Assembly: GCF_041587335.1 (NCBI RefSeq)
Contig: NZ_JBFGYP010000002.1
Span: 3,928-67,927, forward strand
DNA: 64,000 nt
Direction of reading: 5' to 3'
Source of the DNA: Halobacteriovorax sp.
GTDB taxonomy: Bacteria > Bdellovibrionota > Bacteriovoracia > Bacteriovoracales > Bacteriovoracaceae
Shown here: piece after piece, positions 18,325 through 26,857 of the stretch
Layout of the letters: each line of letters opens with the position of its first letter
Position numbering within the stretch: position 1 is the stretch's first letter
Notes under the pieces: generated by a model
What the model was told of the DNA's origin: nothing
The model's database searches: none
What the model saw: the letters and a program-made list of their open reading frames with translations, nothing else
Program-made: the position numbers and the translations under genes

Positions 18325-19181
18325 TGTCATCAAGAAGAGAAGTGAATGCCTTCAATATTTCATTCTTAGATTTACTATCCGGTGCACTTGGAGCCGTCAT
18401 CATTTTATTTGTGGCGGTACCAAAAGCAAAACAAGAAACTGAACACATAAAACCTCCCTCTCAAGAAAAAGAGCTGAAGGCAAAAAATCATGCATTACAA
18501 GCAGAAATTGAATCGCTAGAGATTAAGCTTGCTAAAATAAAAGCTGAAGCACCTCCTGTCATTGAAAAAGTTGAAACACCAAAAATAGATGAAGTTCCTA
18601 AGGTAGAAGAAGTTAAGCAAGGCATCCTTGATGTGGATGTTGGATTTAAATTTAAGGGTAAAAAGATTGTATTCTTAATAGATGTGTCTGGCTCAATGCA
18701 AACAATGGATAAAATGGGGCAAGTAAAGGCCGGACTCAAGATGCTCATAACCTCTATGCCTAAAAATTATGAAATAGACGTCATTCACTTTCCAGGAAGA
18801 TACAGTGCTAAGTACAGCTCACTTTGGAGCTATACTCAAGCACTCGGAGAAAGACAAAAAGGTGATGTCTACAGGTTTCTTAATAAGCTAAAACCAAAAG
18901 GAGCTACTCCAACTAGAAGTGCTCTAAAGTACGCCATAACTGCCTATCCAGATATAACAGATATTGTTCTACTCTCAGACGGGGCGCCAACGAAAGCTAA
19001 TTCAAGAGGGTACGATAGCATAGAAGAAATTCTTTCGGCCGTCAGAAAAGACAACTATAAGAAGATTCAAATTAACACTATTGGAGTGGGACCTGCCTTT
19101 TCGTTAAGATCGACAACTGCGGCCTCAGTCTTTCTTAAAACCTTGGCCGAAGAATCAGGTGGCTTCTTTTACGGTTTCTAG
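18324..19181 (+). CDS. MotB/ExbD-like Asp-TM anchor fused to coiled coil, Pro/Glu/Lys spacer and VWA (MIDAS) domain
   Basis: Single TM FNISFLDLLSGALGAVIILFV with Asp16. Heptad-like LQAEIESLEIKLAKIKAE. APPVIEKVETPKIDEVPKVEEV spacer. MIDAS D120-x-S-x-S (DVSGSM), GATPT, LLSDGAPT. Confidence 0.85.
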   Translation: MSSRREVNAFNISFLDLLSGALGAVIILFVAVPKAKQETEHIKPPSQEKELKAKNHALQAEIESLEIKLAKIKAEAPPVIEKVETPKIDEVPKVEEVKQGILDVDVGFKFKGKKIVFLIDVSGSMQTMDKMGQVKAGLKMLITSMPKNYEIDVIHFPGRYSAKYSSLWSYTQALGERQKGDVYRFLNKLKPKGATPTRSALKYAITAYPDITDIVLLSDGAPTKANSRGYDSIEEILSAVRKDNYKKIQINTIGVGPAFSLRSTTAASVFLKTLAEESGGFFYGF

Positions 19182-21682
19182 TTTATATCACCAAAAACAT
19201 CTGCTGCATTTCTTCTTAGCATCGACTTCGTCGTAAAATAAGTAATTAGAATACTTATAGATGTAACGACTACTATAGGTAAAATAATTAGAGGTAAGCT
19301 AAATACAAAGCTCGACTTAAATGCCACCTTTGAGAGAATAACACCTAGACCTAAGCTTAGTATACTTCCAATAAAAGATGAAAAAGCGCTAATTAAAGTC
19401 GTTTCAGTTAATACTATCTTAATAATTTGAGAATCTTTAAGTCCTAATATCTTTAGAAGGTTTAAATCTCTAAGTCTTATTATAAGCTGATGTCCAATTA
19501 GTGAGTAAAGAACCAGTACACCTACAAGGAAAACAAGAAAAGTCATCGATGTAAGAATTAGAACCATGCTCTCCATAATATTTGTGATTCTGCCAATAGT
19601 TCGAGTAATATCAATAACAGAAATATTTGGAAATTTCTTAAAGAGCTTTTGCTGTATTGTATCTATCTTAGTTCTATCTGCACTCACAGCTGACACAAAA
19701 GTCTTTGGGGCATCTTCAAGAACACCCTTTTGAAATTGAATGAAGAAATTTGGTCTAAAACTAGTCCACTTAATATCTCTTAGACCTACGATTTTAGCAG
19801 GTAGAGGAATACCAAAGATTTCAAATTCAAGTGTATCCCCGACGTCAACACCTAGCCTAGAAGCATACCTGTGCTCTAAAGTAATCTCTGCTGCTTCATT
19901 TTTATCAGGGTCGAATACACCTTTAGTTAAACGACCATCAGTTAATGATTCTGAAATATCTAATCCATCGCGGTAACTAAGATTAACGCCTCGATTTCTC
20001 ATTCGAATTGCTCTTTCTTCCTCTCTCGTTGTTGATTCTTTAACAGAAGATTGAACAACTTCTCCCTTAATCTTAGAAAGTCTTGATCTAATCATAGGGG
20101 CCATAACTAAGACTTCACTGTTGTCTTGTTCTTTAATAAATACATTTAAGTCTTCAACTTGCTCTGGTTGTATATCAAACAAAAAGAGTGATGGACCCTC
20201 ACCTTTTAACGGTCTTTCGAGTTCACTTAAAAGAACGTTTCTAAGAGTCGGTATCAACGTGATCATTGTTGTAGATATCATTAAACTTGAGAATATAAAA
20301 AGAGTCGAAACTCTATACCTAGTTAAAAAACCCCATGCGAGCTTAGAAGTGAGGCTTCCCTCTGTTGAGAGTCTTCTCAGTCTCTTTAAAAGAAAGCTAC
20401 CACCAAGAAATAAAAGTCCAAGTGATATGAAGAGAAAAGATGAGAAGATTGAACCTATTATAACAGAGTGACTAATATTAATAGATATAATGTAGAAAAA
20501 AACAATCCATGGTAAATATATAAGCCAAGACGAAGCTTTAGACTCTCCCTCATCTTCATGAGAAAATAAAAACTTATAATCTATATGTAGATAAGGGTAA
20601 ATAAGAGCAACACCTATAAACATAGGACTTAATACTCCTATTATTATAGGGAGAAGTAATGATGAATATGTATAAGTGAGTTGAAGGTTATATCCTAGTT
20701 GATTATTAAATAGATCAATAATAAACGGTAAGATAATTGGACCAAATGAAACAGCAATAAGCGAACTGATAATACTTAAAGTAAAGAGCTGTCCAATGAG
20801 TATACAAAAAACAGTCGACTTTTTAAGTCCTAAAAATTGAAATATTGCGATCTCTTTTCTTCTTTTATAAAGAAAACTTCTAAAGAGGTACATCATCGCC
20901 ATTGTTGCTAAAAATAACCCACTCAAACTAACAAGACCTAGAAAGTCATTTAAATAATTCAGGATACGACTAACTTGTTGGGATGATTTTTCTGGGGTTA
21001 TTACTCTAGCGCTACTGTCATTAATAGAAAGGCTCAATTGCTTTAGTTGTTCTTTTGTGACTTTCTCTTTAATTTTAAATGAATATGTATTGGTGTAAGT
21101 ACTTCCTTCTTTAATTAAATTTGCGAGCTTTAAACCTTCTGGAGATATGTAGACTCTAGGAGCAATCCCTCCCATTTGAAAACTTTGCTGTCCATCATCA
21201 ATGACAAGACCTGCGACAAGAAATTCTGCATCTCCGATCTTTATATTATCTCCGACAGATATATCCAGTTGTCTTTGGAGTTCAGGGTAAATATAAGCTT
21301 CCTTATCACTAGAGAACTTAAGAGGACGCTGATCCTTTAATAGAATTTGTCCATAGAATGGAAACTTACTCTCAATAACTCTTATACTGGCTAATCTGGA
21401 ATTATTATTTGCTCCCGCCATTGAGAATAAGCGAATACTTTTTGCGTGATCACTTATGCTCACCACAGAAGTGACATTTTTTAAATCAATTTCTTGTCTA
21501 GATGAAATAGCAAGGTCAGCTCCTAAAATAGACTTAGATCGACTATCTAGCTCTTCGGAAAAGGACGTTTTAAAAGACTGAATAGATACTAGACCTATAA
21601 GACCAATTGATAAGTTTAGAATAAAAATTAAGACAAACTTAGGAGAACTTTTTAACTCACGAAATATTAGCTTAAGTATCAT
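19178..21682 (-). CDS. FtsX-family ABC transporter permease, YbbP-like (two FtsX modules)
   Basis: 834 aa with about 10 TM in two repeated FtsX-like blocks separated by large loops. 1-nt overlap with the upstream YbbA-like ATPase gene. Confidence 0.85.
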   Translation of the reverse strand: MILKLIFRELKSSPKFVLIFILNLSIGLIGLVSIQSFKTSFSEELDSRSKSILGADLAISSRQEIDLKNVTSVVSISDHAKSIRLFSMAGANNNSRLASIRVIESKFPFYGQILLKDQRPLKFSSDKEAYIYPELQRQLDISVGDNIKIGDAEFLVAGLVIDDGQQSFQMGGIAPRVYISPEGLKLANLIKEGSTYTNTYSFKIKEKVTKEQLKQLSLSINDSSARVITPEKSSQQVSRILNYLNDFLGLVSLSGLFLATMAMMYLFRSFLYKRRKEIAIFQFLGLKKSTVFCILIGQLFTLSIISSLIAVSFGPIILPFIIDLFNNQLGYNLQLTYTYSSLLLPIIIGVLSPMFIGVALIYPYLHIDYKFLFSHEDEGESKASSWLIYLPWIVFFYIISINISHSVIIGSIFSSFLFISLGLLFLGGSFLLKRLRRLSTEGSLTSKLAWGFLTRYRVSTLFIFSSLMISTTMITLIPTLRNVLLSELERPLKGEGPSLFLFDIQPEQVEDLNVFIKEQDNSEVLVMAPMIRSRLSKIKGEVVQSSVKESTTREEERAIRMRNRGVNLSYRDGLDISESLTDGRLTKGVFDPDKNEAAEITLEHRYASRLGVDVGDTLEFEIFGIPLPAKIVGLRDIKWTSFRPNFFIQFQKGVLEDAPKTFVSAVSADRTKIDTIQQKLFKKFPNISVIDITRTIGRITNIMESMVLILTSMTFLVFLVGVLVLYSLIGHQLIIRLRDLNLLKILGLKDSQIIKIVLTETTLISAFSSFIGSILSLGLGVILSKVAFKSSFVFSLPLIILPIVVVTSISILITYFTTKSMLRRNAADVFGDIN

Positions 21683-22353
21683 TAATTAGTACCAGCTTCT
21701 AAGTGACCATGACTTAAGAGTAAAGATTTCTTACATCTCGCAGCTAGTTGTAGTTCATGAGTCACAAGAATTAGTCCCATATTTTCTTTCTCAACTAAAT
21801 CAAATAGTAGATTCATAATAGTAGTTCCAGTATCTTCATCTAAGCTACCACTTGGCTCATCTGCAAGGATAAGTTTTGGTCGATTAGACATGGCCCTAGC
21901 AATGGCCACTCTTTGCTTCTCACCTCCACTCAATTGATTAGGAAAATGATTTGCACGCTCTCCTAAACCAACACTAACTAATAATGACATGGCCTTTTCT
22001 TTTGCATCAGGTTCATTAATAATTTCTAAAGGAAGCATTACATTCTCAAGAGCGCTCAAATGCTCAATCAAATGAAACTGTTGAAAAACTACACCGATAG
22101 ACTTAGCTCTTAACTCAGTCATCTCTTGTTGAGAGTAATGAGTTATATCCTTATCTAAAAAGCTTATTTTCCCACTATCCACACTCTCTATTCCACTAAG
22201 AATTGATAGAAGAGTTGATTTACCGCTACCAGACTTACCAACAATAGCGAGAGTGTCCTTTTCTTCTAAAGACAGTGAGGCGCCTTTAAGGACGTTTATA
22301 ACATTGCCACCTTGGCTAAAGCTCTTATGTAAATTATTGCATTCTAAAATCAT
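21682..22353 (-). CDS. ABC transporter ATP-binding protein, YbbA/LolD-like
   Basis: Walker [12 protein letters not shown], signature [14 protein letters not shown], Walker [13 protein letters not shown]. Confidence 0.9.
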   Translation of the reverse strand: MILECNNLHKSFSQGGNVINVLKGASLSLEEKDTLAIVGKSGSGKSTLLSILSGIESVDSGKISFLDKDITHYSQQEMTELRAKSIGVVFQQFHLIEHLSALENVMLPLEIINEPDAKEKAMSLLVSVGLGERANHFPNQLSGGEKQRVAIARAMSNRPKLILADEPSGSLDEDTGTTIMNLLFDLVEKENMGLILVTHELQLAARCKKSLLLSHGHLEAGTN

Positions 22354-22949
22354 TTCAGTGACCTAAAGTAAGGTAACAAGTTTTCGGCCATTTTTTTATG
22401 ACCTAACTCATTAGGGTGAATTCCATCAGATAAATTGAGCTCTTTCTTAGCTGCTACACCCTCAAGAAGAAATGGTATAAGTGTTATTTTGTATTCTTTT
22501 TTCAATTCTAAAAACATATCTCTGAACTTTTTAGTATAGTCTGCCCCATAATTAGGAGGCATCTGCATTCCTGCGAGGATAACCTTCATCTTCTTTTCTT
22601 TTGCAAGAGAGATTATAGAGGCTAAGTTCTTCTTAGATGAGCCTAGCTCAATTCCTCGAAGTCCATCATTAGCACCAAGGGCCAAAATCAAAACTTCAGG
22701 CTTAGATCGAAGAAACCACTTTAATCTAGAGAGACCACTAGCTGTAGTTGAACCGGAAACACTTCCATTGATTATTTCAACTTTAGTATCATGCTTGGAT
22801 AATAGTAAATCTTTTAAAAGATACGGGTATGATTTCTCTTTAGAAATTCCATAACCTTCAGTTAGGGAATCTCCAATAAAGAGAATTTTAGTATCTGCTA
22901 GGACCGAAGTAGAAATAAAGAATAGTAGAATAATAATTTTTTTAGCCAT
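22350..22949 (-). CDS. tesA: SGNH/GDSL hydrolase, TesA-like arylesterase/thioesterase I
   Basis: Signal peptide, GDSL block ILFIGDSLTEGYG, GANDG, catalytic DGIHPN. 4-nt overlap with the YbbA-like gene. Confidence 0.85.
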   Translation of the reverse strand: MAKKIIILLFFISTSVLADTKILFIGDSLTEGYGISKEKSYPYLLKDLLLSKHDTKVEIINGSVSGSTTASGLSRLKWFLRSKPEVLILALGANDGLRGIELGSSKKNLASIISLAKEKKMKVILAGMQMPPNYGADYTKKFRDMFLELKKEYKITLIPFLLEGVAAKKELNLSDGIHPNELGHKKMAENLLPYFRSLK

Positions 22950-24939
22950 AGATTAAAATTTTAAAGGCCTTGAAAAAGAATGACAACTCTTTAAAAGCTG
23001 ACTCATTGCGACTATACCTTAGACGTTGATAAACCAATATAAGTTCAACCAAGTTTGATGAGCTATCCTCAATTAGTTCAATAAGTTGTGGCTCAGTGAG
23101 AACAGTATAGTTTGACCATTTGAGTGAACGATACTTATTTACACAGATAAAAAGTAAGAAACTTTTAATTTTCTCCCTAAGAAATAGAACTAAAACTAGC
23201 AACAAACAAAGAATTAGATATGGAAAATAGAAGAATAGTGAAGAAGTGTGCTTAAAGCTAACAAATTTCTTAAATAAGTTTCTCTGTGTCTCTAAATCAT
23301 AGTTAAAAAAGAGCGTTCCTGTCTTATAGTAGATATTTTGAATATACTGCTTCCAGTCACTTAATATTCCTGATCGACTTGAAACAAAATCTTCAATATC
23401 TGTATCTCTACTGCCAAGCTTTTCAAATTCAAAGAATGTATCTGCCCCATACATTATTCTAGCAGGAGATACGACACTGACAGCGTCAAAGCGTGTCCAG
23501 ATTCCATTCTCATCAAGATACTCTACCCACGCGTGTGCATCCTTCTCTGTAACAACATAGAAAGTTCCAACTTCATTGAAAATTCCTCCCTGATATCCAA
23601 GAACGACTCTTGAAGGAATACCAAATAAGCGAAATAAGGTCGCACTAGCAGATGCATAATGACCACAAAAGCCGACCTTTCTTCTAAATAAGAACTCATC
23701 AAGAGGATTTTTACTCTTATAAACCCCTGGAGAAGTAGAATAAGTAAAACTACTCCTGAAGAAGCTTTTTAAATGTTTTGCAACAAGAGTAGGTTTATTC
23801 ACTAAAGAGAGGTGCGAATCTCTATACTTAATGACTTCAGAATCAGCGGGTAAATCTGTTTGTAAATAAACGTCTTTATAGTTATCTAAAAGCTTCGCTG
23901 GCAAATCAGGTCCAAGCCATCCTTTATACCTAGATTTTTGATTTCTAAATGTATTTGAACGATACAGGTTTCCTTTAAGATTTATTAAAGAGCCCATAGA
24001 ACTAAGTGCCACTTTCCTAGTTTTCTCTAAGGTAAATAATGGACCACTCGTAAGGGTGTCATAAGTAACAAAGTAGTCAAATTTCTTGAAGATTTTTTCA
24101 GTGTTTCTCTTTTCCGGCAACTTAGATTTTTCCCAACTAAAAAGTTTATTTTTAGCCAAAATCTGCCCTCTCCAGTACATATCAAGTCTTTTAATTCTCT
24201 TAGTAAACTTCACATGAAAAACAGCACTAGGATCCTTTATTATTTCAGAGATATCTCCCGGACTTAGTTCTTCACTAAACCCTGTTGTTGCTTTACTTGT
24301 AGAAAATAAAAATCCTCCAAAGTTAATTCTCGGAAATGAAAGAAAGAGAATAACTACTAATGGGGCTCCAAATAAAGAAAATCGAAGAATGTTCTTTATA
24401 CTCTTTCTAAAAACTAATTTCTCGACATTAACTTGCTGTACTAGGTAGAGGTTGCAGAAACAAACAAGCAAACTAATAAAGATGATAAATAAATAATAAA
24501 AATCCTCTACTAATAGACTCAGAGATGTGACATGTAGAAACTGAATAAGTATTAGAGAATATATATCTCTCTTAGTTTTCAATTCAAACATCTTAAGTAA
24601 GACAAGAGTTGAAAATAATATACTTGCAGGCTCAAAACCTCTCCATGAGCCATATTCACTATAAATTATGAAGATTGAACCAATGAGAAATGGAACTCTC
24701 AAAAAAGTTAACAAGCGACTATTAGTCAATTTGAACAAGAGTATAGTAATTATAATTGAGCTAAATAAAGTCAGTGAATATATAGAAAAGTAAGGAATAA
24801 AGAATATAGTCAGTAAGATATAGAAAACAAGAGAAATTTTTGTAAATAGCTTACTCACACTTTTCTCCAAGTCTAGCAAGGATACGAAGGCACTCATACA
24901 GATGGACTTTATTATTTCCTTTAGAAGTAACTTCACCAT
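22942..24939 (-). CDS. membrane transglutaminase-like protein (TgpA-type: N-terminal multi-TM, TGase core, C-terminal TM)
   Basis: Cys-His-Asp core: GFCGHYASASATLFRLFGIPSRVV, DAHAWVEY, then D. ORF-track start overlaps the DUF58 gene by 89 nt. An in-frame GTG at 24858 (8-nt overlap) is a plausible true start. Confidence 0.85.
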   Translation of the reverse strand: MVKLLLKEIIKSICMSAFVSLLDLEKSVSKLFTKISLVFYILLTIFFIPYFSIYSLTLFSSIIITILLFKLTNSRLLTFLRVPFLIGSIFIIYSEYGSWRGFEPASILFSTLVLLKMFELKTKRDIYSLILIQFLHVTSLSLLVEDFYYLFIIFISLLVCFCNLYLVQQVNVEKLVFRKSIKNILRFSLFGAPLVVILFLSFPRINFGGFLFSTSKATTGFSEELSPGDISEIIKDPSAVFHVKFTKRIKRLDMYWRGQILAKNKLFSWEKSKLPEKRNTEKIFKKFDYFVTYDTLTSGPLFTLEKTRKVALSSMGSLINLKGNLYRSNTFRNQKSRYKGWLGPDLPAKLLDNYKDVYLQTDLPADSEVIKYRDSHLSLVNKPTLVAKHLKSFFRSSFTYSTSPGVYKSKNPLDEFLFRRKVGFCGHYASASATLFRLFGIPSRVVLGYQGGIFNEVGTFYVVTEKDAHAWVEYLDENGIWTRFDAVSVVSPARIMYGADTFFEFEKLGSRDTDIEDFVSSRSGILSDWKQYIQNIYYKTGTLFFNYDLETQRNLFKKFVSFKHTSSLFFYFPYLILCLLLVLVLFLREKIKSFLLFICVNKYRSLKWSNYTVLTEPQLIELIEDSSSNLVELILVYQRLRYSRNESAFKELSFFFKAFKILIYG

Positions 24940-25741
24940 CGACTAAGAGTATTGTCTCTATAGACGAGTCATAAGATTTAAATAGTTGATCTGTGACTTT
25001 ACCAAGATAGTTTATATTATCTTTATGATTAACTGATAGAACTACTGCATTCGAGTCTTGTCCAGAGAAGTTCTTCGTCAAAAGACCCCTTCCTCTAGCA
25101 AATGCTTTCCAGTCAATATGCTTCCAAGAATCTGTATCTCTGAACTTCCTATGATCTAAGAATTCATCTTTTGTTTCAATATTATAAATATTTTCACTTT
25201 CAGATCCTTTACTATAGAGAGATTCTCTATAGATGTCTCCAGCGACTACTCTCTTTGGATATACAATGACCTGTTTATTTGAGTCAATATACTTCCAGGC
25301 CCTAAATATCCCTAAAGGAAATGTCGTGTGAATCTTTATACGAGACATCTTTAATATTCCACAGTGATCAGATTTTAGAGAAAACCTTAACTTGTTGTTC
25401 TCATTACTAATAATGGTCGCCTTCTCATTTACACTCAATTCAGAAGTCGTATAAAGAGACATCGAACTTGAGTATTCCCTATTTGAAATATTTACTGAGA
25501 CTAATTCCTCATTACCACACTCAATGAATTCATCGTGAAAATGAAAAGTCTTCAACTTTGAGATTGTAGAATTTGTTGAAAATGCACAAACCACAATAAT
25601 AGAAGTTAAAAAGAAAGTAATAAAATAAGAGAATGGATGACCAAACGTAATAGCAATTATAAAAACTAGGAATGTTATAAAAATAAGCCCTAGACCAAAT
25701 CGAGAAGGTAGAATATATGTCTTATTTGAAGATAACTTCAT
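24851..25741 (-). CDS. DUF58-domain protein (MoxR-associated)
   Basis: DHRKFRDTDSWKHIDWKAFARGRGLLTKNF matches the DUF58 core pattern. N-terminal 2 TM. Directly abuts the MoxR gene. Confidence 0.8.
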   Translation of the reverse strand: MKLSSNKTYILPSRFGLGLIFITFLVFIIAITFGHPFSYFITFFLTSIIVVCAFSTNSTISKLKTFHFHDEFIECGNEELVSVNISNREYSSSMSLYTTSELSVNEKATIISNENNKLRFSLKSDHCGILKMSRIKIHTTFPLGIFRAWKYIDSNKQVIVYPKRVVAGDIYRESLYSKGSESENIYNIETKDEFLDHRKFRDTDSWKHIDWKAFARGRGLLTKNFSGQDSNAVVLSVNHKDNINYLGKVTDQLFKSYDSSIETILLVDGEVTSKGNNKVHLYECLRILARLGEKCE

Positions 25742-26671
25742 TTATCTAATGGCCACATTCTCAAGCGCTTCTCTAATAATATCCTGAGAAGCAGTGAGCC
25801 CTTCTCTTAAGTTAAGTCTATGAGAAAGAACATAAGGGGCGATAGACTGTACATCGTGAGGTGTTACATAATCTCTTTTTTCAAAGAATGCAGAGGCTTT
25901 AGACGCCAGCAGTAGATCCCTACCTGCTCTTAAAGATAACTTCACACCATTATCGAGGTTTTCTCTAACGTATTCTAAGAAGTCTAATACATAATCTATA
26001 AGAGAGTCTTCAATATGAGTCTTTTGAATCATTTTATATATAGATAAATACTCATCTAAACTTACAAATGAATGTAGCCCATTAATTTGTTCACGAATGT
26101 TTTCGCCCATCAAGATCTTCTTTTCATACTCTCTAGTAGGCAGACCAATAGTTAAGCTCATAAAAAATCTATCTAATTGAGACTCTGGTAATGGGTTTGT
26201 TCCAATTTGATCGAGAGGATTCTGAGTGGCCACAACAATGAATGGCTCATCTAACTCATACTCTCCTCCGTCAACCGTAATATACCTCTCCTCCATGGCC
26301 TGAAGTAGTGCACTTTGTGTTTTAGGAGATGCTCTATTGAGCTCATCACCAAGAACCATTCGGCTAAAGATTGGACCTCTATTAAATACAAAGCTAGATG
26401 TTTCTTTATCAAAAACAGATGTCCCAAGTATATCCGACGCAAGAAGATCATTTGTAAACTGTATCCTAGACAGATTTAAGCCAAAAATATGAGAAAGTAG
26501 ATAAACTAAAGTGGTCTTCCCAACCCCAGGAACATCCTCTATCAGTAAATGTCCCTTTGATAACATACTAATAAAAGCAATTTTGAGCTGCTCCTCTTTC
26601 CCAAGAAAGATAGAGTTACAAGTATCAAAAGCATGCAAAATTTTGTCATTTAAATATGTAGATGTTTTCAC
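25742..26671 (-). CDS. MoxR-family AAA+ ATPase
   Basis: Walker A EDVPGVGKTT, Walker B/sensor LGDELNRASPKTQSALLQAMEE, VVATQNPLDQIGTNPLPESQLDRF. Confidence 0.9.
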   Translation of the reverse strand: MKTSTYLNDKILHAFDTCNSIFLGKEEQLKIAFISMLSKGHLLIEDVPGVGKTTLVYLLSHIFGLNLSRIQFTNDLLASDILGTSVFDKETSSFVFNRGPIFSRMVLGDELNRASPKTQSALLQAMEERYITVDGGEYELDEPFIVVATQNPLDQIGTNPLPESQLDRFFMSLTIGLPTREYEKKILMGENIREQINGLHSFVSLDEYLSIYKMIQKTHIEDSLIDYVLDFLEYVRENLDNGVKLSLRAGRDLLLASKASAFFEKRDYVTPHDVQSIAPYVLSHRLNLREGLTASQDIIREALENVAIR

Positions 26672-26857
26672 TAATTCTCCTATAACTATATTCTATAGAA
26701 GAAATGCACTTTAGTGTAACTTTTGGCCCAATTTCTAGGCAAAATCTAAGAAAAGCTTAAGGTAGATGCCAAGTTTAAAGGTCAAATTTAGTCCCTAATA
26801 TACTAGAAATACGATAGAGATATTATTTAAAAATTCTTGTGAGAATCCTTGGTATAG

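Noticed and set aside
22942-26671. MoxR-DUF58-transglutaminase trio considered as the novel system.
   Set aside because: This trio is a well-known recurrent neighbourhood (TgpA-type). Only its fusion to tesA-ybbAP is reported as a finding.
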